From Mytilus californianus (lineage: Eukaryota), in assembly GCF_021869535.1 (NCBI RefSeq), contig NW_026262745.1, positions 29,016,001-29,080,000 on the forward strand: 64,000 nucleotides of DNA, written 5' to 3'. The notes under the pieces were generated by a model. The model saw nothing but the letters and a program-made list of their open reading frames with translations, did no database searches and had not been told where the DNA came from. Numbering within the stretch: position 1 is the stretch's first letter; every line of letters starts with the position of its first letter. This document shows, piece after piece, positions 58,649-64,000 of the stretch. Made by a program: the position numbers and the translations under genes.

Positions 58649-59324
58649 TTATGATAAAAAAAAAAAGGGAATGTGTTTATCGTCCAACATTTAACAATGA
58701 GCAATTCCATACCGTATAGTGAGACAAAACGAGCGTTAATTTAAAAAAAACCCAAGGGATCCAGTTTACATGTATATTACAACAAGAAACGAAAACAATC
58801 AAAACATGGCAGACAGCAACGAAAGACGACCAAAAGGTTATAGGCTCTTGGCTTAATACAGGTACAAAACACCAAAACTAATTACAAAACGACACGAAAT
58901 ACCGACCTAAGAGTAGTTGCAGTTACTGGAAGCTAGTTCAAAGTCAACTTTCTACATATAAATATACCAAATTTTCAATTCAACCGATTAAATGTAAACA
59001 CGTCTAAGCCATCTATGAAAATTATGATCTTGCCATAATGAATTCATCAACAGGATGTAGGACCATCAATTTAAACACCTGGGTGGAAACACATGTCAAG
59101 TAATGTATTATAGTATTTAAAATGGTTCTACATTTACATTATTTGAGTTGAATGTAATACATGTACTTTTAAATTTTCAGTATATATCTTATGGAGGAGG
59201 AAACTGTCGAGGGGTTAGACGACTCTGAAAAAGACAATGTCTTGAATAGTCAATACGTAAAATATCACCCAATACGTCAGGCGATACTAAATTAAACAAA
59301 CACACACAAACGCACACTAATTTG

Positions 59325-59875
59325 TTCAGTACCACAGAAATACTATACGGGTTTACTCCACTAAAAGAAAGTACGATCTGAAACGCCAAAAAGAAAGGGT
59401 TCATCAAAAACCAACGCAGGAAAGTGTGCCACATACAAAAACTAATACCAACTATCTGTGTCATGTTTGTGGCATCAAGTTATGTTCACATCAAGAGCCG
59501 GAATATCAATCCATATCATGTACAAAGTTTAACACACAAATCTTTAAATACACATATAGCATGTGTGGTACATGTAATGGATATAACCTGTTATTGGACT
59601 TTAGGGGACACCTCAACATACATAATAACACCAAGACAGAAACGTGTTCTAATTTTCAAAAAGTCTATTTACATACAAGAATTAACTTCAAGCTCACACA
59701 AATTTAAGGCTCACCGCCAAAAAGATAAGGAAAGTCCAGCGTTCTTATGAACCGTCTGTGGCTGTGGATATAACTCTTTGGACTCTCCGAGAGAACACAA
59801 GAAGGTGGTTCATGAATGTCGCCATGTTACATGTATATGTGGAAAAGAATACAGATGGCGATCTAGTCATTAAGG
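59325..59875 (+). pseudogene. Decayed C2H2 zinc-finger array
   Basis: KYDLKRQKERVH; YLCHVCG; SMCG...GHLNIH; CSNFQKVY / HKFKAH across a frameshift; L*TVCGCGYNSLDSPREHKKVVH (C-x2-C-x12-H-x4-H with the first Cys as TGA); TCICGKEYRWRSS. Confidence 0.65.
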
Positions 59876-61714
59876 CGAAGTATACGTAATTGCACGCCTC
59901 TAGCGGAATTTGGGATAAAAACGTGCGTCGTTAGTTACGCGAGTTATCTCCCCTTTTCCAAGAAATAAAAATGGGCACATGAAAGAGAAATGACTTCGTG
60001 CAGCTGACAAGAATCCAAACAAGTATCCCTGTGCTATCTTAAAACATCAAAGAAATTATCAAAATGACTCCAATCAGAAATCTGAGTATCCTATTGTGAG
60101 TTAGTCTGACCCTATTACCACCATTTTGTTTTAGACACGCAGGAGCAGATATACAGTATTTCAACAGAAAATAAAAACCCCTAACAACAAAATTATAACC
60201 AGATAAACAAATAAACCAGTGACAATTCTGCTTCTATTCGTATCAAATTCATTAAAATCAAACCAGAATTGACCCCACAATATTTTTTGAAAAACCATAG
60301 GCATAGTTTTGAATGAAATTCACAGTGTAGCGTAACATTGTAGGTAACAAATAATTATATTGCATGTGAATGAATTTGTGTGTTGAACTAGAAAGGCGTT
60401 GATATGTCCAATTTTAAGCAATTGAAAATTTTAGGACATGATTTATATTTTTGTAAAACATATAAAAGATACGAAGGGGTAATCGACCACTACGGCACTA
60501 GTGCAACATTTATAAGTCGAAGAACAAAGCCAACAGAAAAAAAAAATAAAAATCCATCATATTCCGTCCACAAAACATTTCACAGGAACTAAGAATTGAG
60601 CACTATTCCTTTATGCACAAAATACGAACAATGAAGGGCAAAAGGCATACGCAATGCAATATACACAACAAAATATTTAAACATATTACAACATATTTCA
60701 TTGCCGTACAATATCTTCCAAGTTCCCATCCTTGAAAAAATAATTGTTGTATCCAAGAAATATTGAGGAAATTCAAAAACGCGGACATTTTTGTCAAGTT
60801 TTGCTCACCTCGTTTCGGCCCAAAATGTAACGGCTTTTTATTGACAGTTTTTCTCTGATAAGTGAGAGATTGCCGTTTTCATGCAAACGATTGAGGACAA
60901 GTGAAGCATACCGACAGGAGGGTTCAGTATTATAATCAATTAATAATATGATAAAACAAGTGTTATCAAAGAAAAAACGAAAATATTGATACTAACATTG
61001 GTTTAACATTGCGGAAAAAGACAGAATTGCTACCTAATTAAAATAAAAACATTGAGTTAATTTTGAAGTTTTTATGTCATCCCGAATTTCTTATAGTATT
61101 TGTTGACTAAATTTCAACATTTCATGTTGCTGCGAATATGTGAGTCTTCGGGTCGCCCTTTAAAATCGGACTTCACACAAAAAAGCGCGATTATAAAACA
61201 GCGATCTTAAGAACTACGTATTCGCAGCTACATTGAATGCTGACATTTCTTCATCATTTAAACAGCCACAAAAGATGCAATATATCAAATCTGAATAAAA
61301 TGTAAGTCCAAGTGAGCTCACAAATATCACCGTTCCCTGATCTTATTAATTCTCTAATCTCTTGTTAGAAGACCTTATATAGAGACACAAATTGATGAAG
61401 TAATGAAATACAGGATGCTCAACTTCACCATATAGTAAAGAAGTGTTAATATTGTTTGAAACTCTTCTCCTAGTTCGCTCATCTGGCTTTAGCCATCACT
61501 TTGCGTCCGTCGTACGTCAACCGTCTGTCTGTCGTAAATTTATTTTCTCCATCAAATTAGCGATATTTTATTGCACAAATGAAGTACTATCGCCTTCTGG
61601 GTTAACTAAAAATCGGTTAAGGTCTTTTTTATTTGTTTATCACATCAAATTGGTGCCATTTTCTCCAAATCCGTAAAATTTCATGACAAGCAGTTATAAA
61701 GGTACGTTTGTATA

Positions 61715-61800
61715 TGAAACCAGGATGCCCGGAGTAAACCACAGACCTTCGCGATCGGCGAGTCACTGACAAACTTTATTACAAACATGGTCGTTGTATC
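61715..61800 (-). mobile_element. V-SINE-like fragment (second subfamily)
   Basis: gaaaccaggatgcccggagtaaaccacagacc...agtcactgacaaactttat resembles the V-domain core. Confidence 0.5.
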
Positions 61801-62040
61801 ATTCCTTTTAATTTGTGACACCTGTAAGCAATTCATCATTTCCCTTCTTTTTTGCAAATTGTAAGTGTAGCTTACCAATAGGAGGGATGAAATTCTGTAA
61901 TTCTGCAATTAGATCATTTCCGATTCTGACCGATGTGTACGTTCTAGCCCGGTTTTCAACACCAAAAGTTTGATATAATTAATATGTTGAACAGCAGGGT
62001 CAATGAATGTTAACTTCATTTCTACTAAATGACAAAAGTA

Positions 62041-62147
62041 ATAAGCAGGAAATGGGAAACTCAAAAAATTATAAGCGGGATCCGGGAATCTGACAAAACA
62101 ATAAGCGGGATCCGGGAATCTGACAAAACAATAAGCGGGATCCGGGA
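62041..62147. repeat. 30-bp minisatellite (about 2.6 perfect copies plus 1 degenerate)
   Basis: ataagcgggatccgggaatctgacaaaaca at 62071 and 62101, partial at 62131, degenerate at 62041. Confidence 0.9.
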
Positions 62148-62599
62148 TCAGACCCCCCCCCCTTTTCCCCCCACTTGAAGAGTATAAGATAATTAGGTTC
62201 CTGACTTAAGACAGGTGCAAACAAATGCAGCAGGTTTAAACGTTTTAATTAGGCACCAACCTTCACCCTAACCTGAAACAACAGTGTAACATCACAACAT
62301 AGAAAGACACACTATAAAATATCAACTGAAATGGCTTAACTCAATTAAAAGACATATTAACAAAAAAGTATGTATAGTTTTAAAAATGCCGATATGCAAT
62401 GTCATAAATTACATTATTAGAACACCACAATATGACGATAATGTCCATTACATATTCTGAAATTAAGTATTGTATTTTGTGTCTGTTTATGACGTACCGG
62501 ATGACTAAGAATCATATTAGTCTTAAGTCTTTTTCCAATTAACAGTGAGTTGCCATTTATCACAGCATGGAAGTATTATATTGACATAATACTTCCTTG

Positions 62600-62980
62600 A
62601 TCACAGTAAGAAGAATGTATCCAAGCTTTCCCGGAGACCTTCTTTTGATTCTGACATTTTTGATAACTCATATGCAAACATAAAACATCCAACAACAGAA
62701 CTTGCTAAAGGTAAGGGTTGACAATCATTTCCTGATAATAAATCTAGAACAGCATCTATACGTGTATATATGTTAAAAAGGATAGGACTTAAAGAATCTC
62801 CTTGCCTTACCCCTCTGTTTATATCAAAGTAGTCAGTAAAACAGATGTTAATTTTCAGTGCTGACATTTCTTGGAATACATACATTTAATCATATTAATC
62901 ATCTTATTGCCGACTCCTGAAGACAAAAGCTTAGAAAATAAAGCTTTACATCACACAGAATCAAAAGCAATGCTATTGGT
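62600..62980 (-). mobile_element. LINE reverse transcriptase fragment
   Basis: The minus strand gives AFDSV..ALFSKLLSSGVGNKMINMIKCMY and FDINRGVRQGDSLSPILFNIY (non-LTR RT motifs). The YADD motif is decayed. Confidence 0.8.
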
Positions 62981-63166
62981 TTAATTATCATTTGTCTTTC
63001 AGAATTTATTTTCTGGGTTTTCTAGTACAGAATCCGGTTAGTGAAATGATTATGTAGACCAGTTTGTTGCGGTAATTAAAAATCGTTTCAAGACCTTTTC
63101 AATTTGTAAAAGGTTTTTTCCATTACAAAATAAATGTAAGTTGTTTCTTAAATTGTTTTTTTTGTG

Positions 63167-63420
63167 GTTTCGGTGGACGAGTGGTTTAAGTAGTCCAACA
63201 ACTGTGTCACTAGCCTGTCAACACTGAGTTTGTGAGTTGGAATCAATTCCGCACGTGGCAGGTGCGTTCGACTCCAATTTTAATTGACTAGGATTGTCAG
63301 TTTTCCTACCGAAGGTTTTCTCCGGGCACTCCGGCTTCCTCCACCAATAAAAACTGATCGCCACGTAACAGCCAAATGAGCTGAAAGTGGCGTTAAACAC
63401 CAATCATAACAATCAATCTT
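63167..63420 (+). mobile_element. tRNA-derived V-SINE-like copy, near full length
   Basis: Head ggtggacgagtggtttaag, core ggttttctccgggcactccggcttcctccacc, (AATC) tail. Confidence 0.8.
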
Positions 63421-64000
63421 ATATCATTTAGACATTGATAATTTAAACTTTTGATTTCATGAGTAACATATATATGTTGTTCTCAATGAAAGAAAATGAC
63501 ATTTATGTTTTATCCCTGTGCAACTCTTTTGTTTTATTTCTGGGATTAACAAATATATAATACACATGAGATTAACCAGTAACGCTCGATTTATCAACTT
63601 AAACATTCATATTGTTTAAAATTGTATCCGGCACCTGTGTCGCTGTTTTCATGTTTGCCCACCATCTCCTTTTGTTCATACTCAGAGGGTTTTAATCGGA
63701 AAGCCGGTGACGTCTAACGGGATTGCTGGGGTCCATGTAAATTAATAAGATGTGCCAAACATGTACGTTTTAAAACACCATTTTCAAACTGGTTAAATGC
63801 ATTGGTTTTGTCCTTTGAAAAATTATTTATTTGAACCTTTTCATCGTTTTTAAAACGTAAATGCACTGACATATAACTTTTTAAGACATAGGTTTATTCA
63901 CTTGATAAAACCTGAACCGCACTCTAAAAACCAGGATATATACAAAAATATATAAATTCCAAGTATGCATTTATTTTGACATTTGCATTGGTGTGTGTAT

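Noticed and set aside
59748-59750. TGA at a zinc-finger Cys as selenocysteine
   Set aside because: The surrounding frameshifts and lost ligands indicate a pseudogene. A single TGY>TGA change explains it.

Overview
AT-rich eukaryotic DNA, most likely from a bivalve (the repeat families and gene types look mussel/Mytilus-like; this is inference). Manual splice reconstruction gives three apparently intact + strand genes that the ORF track mostly misses. (1) An 8-exon coiled-coil protein with a Mieap/SPATA18-type C-terminal domain (about 5697-19622, 439 aa). It has a duplicated internal exon, and its putative first exon lies inside a perfect 1620-bp tandem duplication. (2) A secreted C-type lectin + PAN/Apple protein with five coding exons (21638-35934, 217 aa). 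(3) A GT11 alpha-1,2-fucosyltransferase (45926-48340, 332 aa). Decayed coding relics include a frameshifted C1q-domain exon, a C2H2 zinc-finger array, a Spindlin/Tudor-like exon, and an intron-containing DDE transposase followed by a YqaJ/lambda-exonuclease domain (KolobokE-like). The rest is dense with mobile DNA: Helentron-type non-autonomous elements (one nested in another) carrying ~160-bp or ~730-bp internal arrays, PIF/Harbinger and Kolobok MITEs with intact TSDs, an internally deleted Tc1, five Penelope-like RT fragments, two LINE fragments, tRNA-derived SINEs and several palindromic elements. The most unusual signal is a set of five decayed copies of short interspersed elements, in two families, that match minimal type I hammerhead ribozymes with a palindromic stem III. 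No rRNA, true tRNA gene or CRISPR array was found. All coordinates and alignments were derived by eye.
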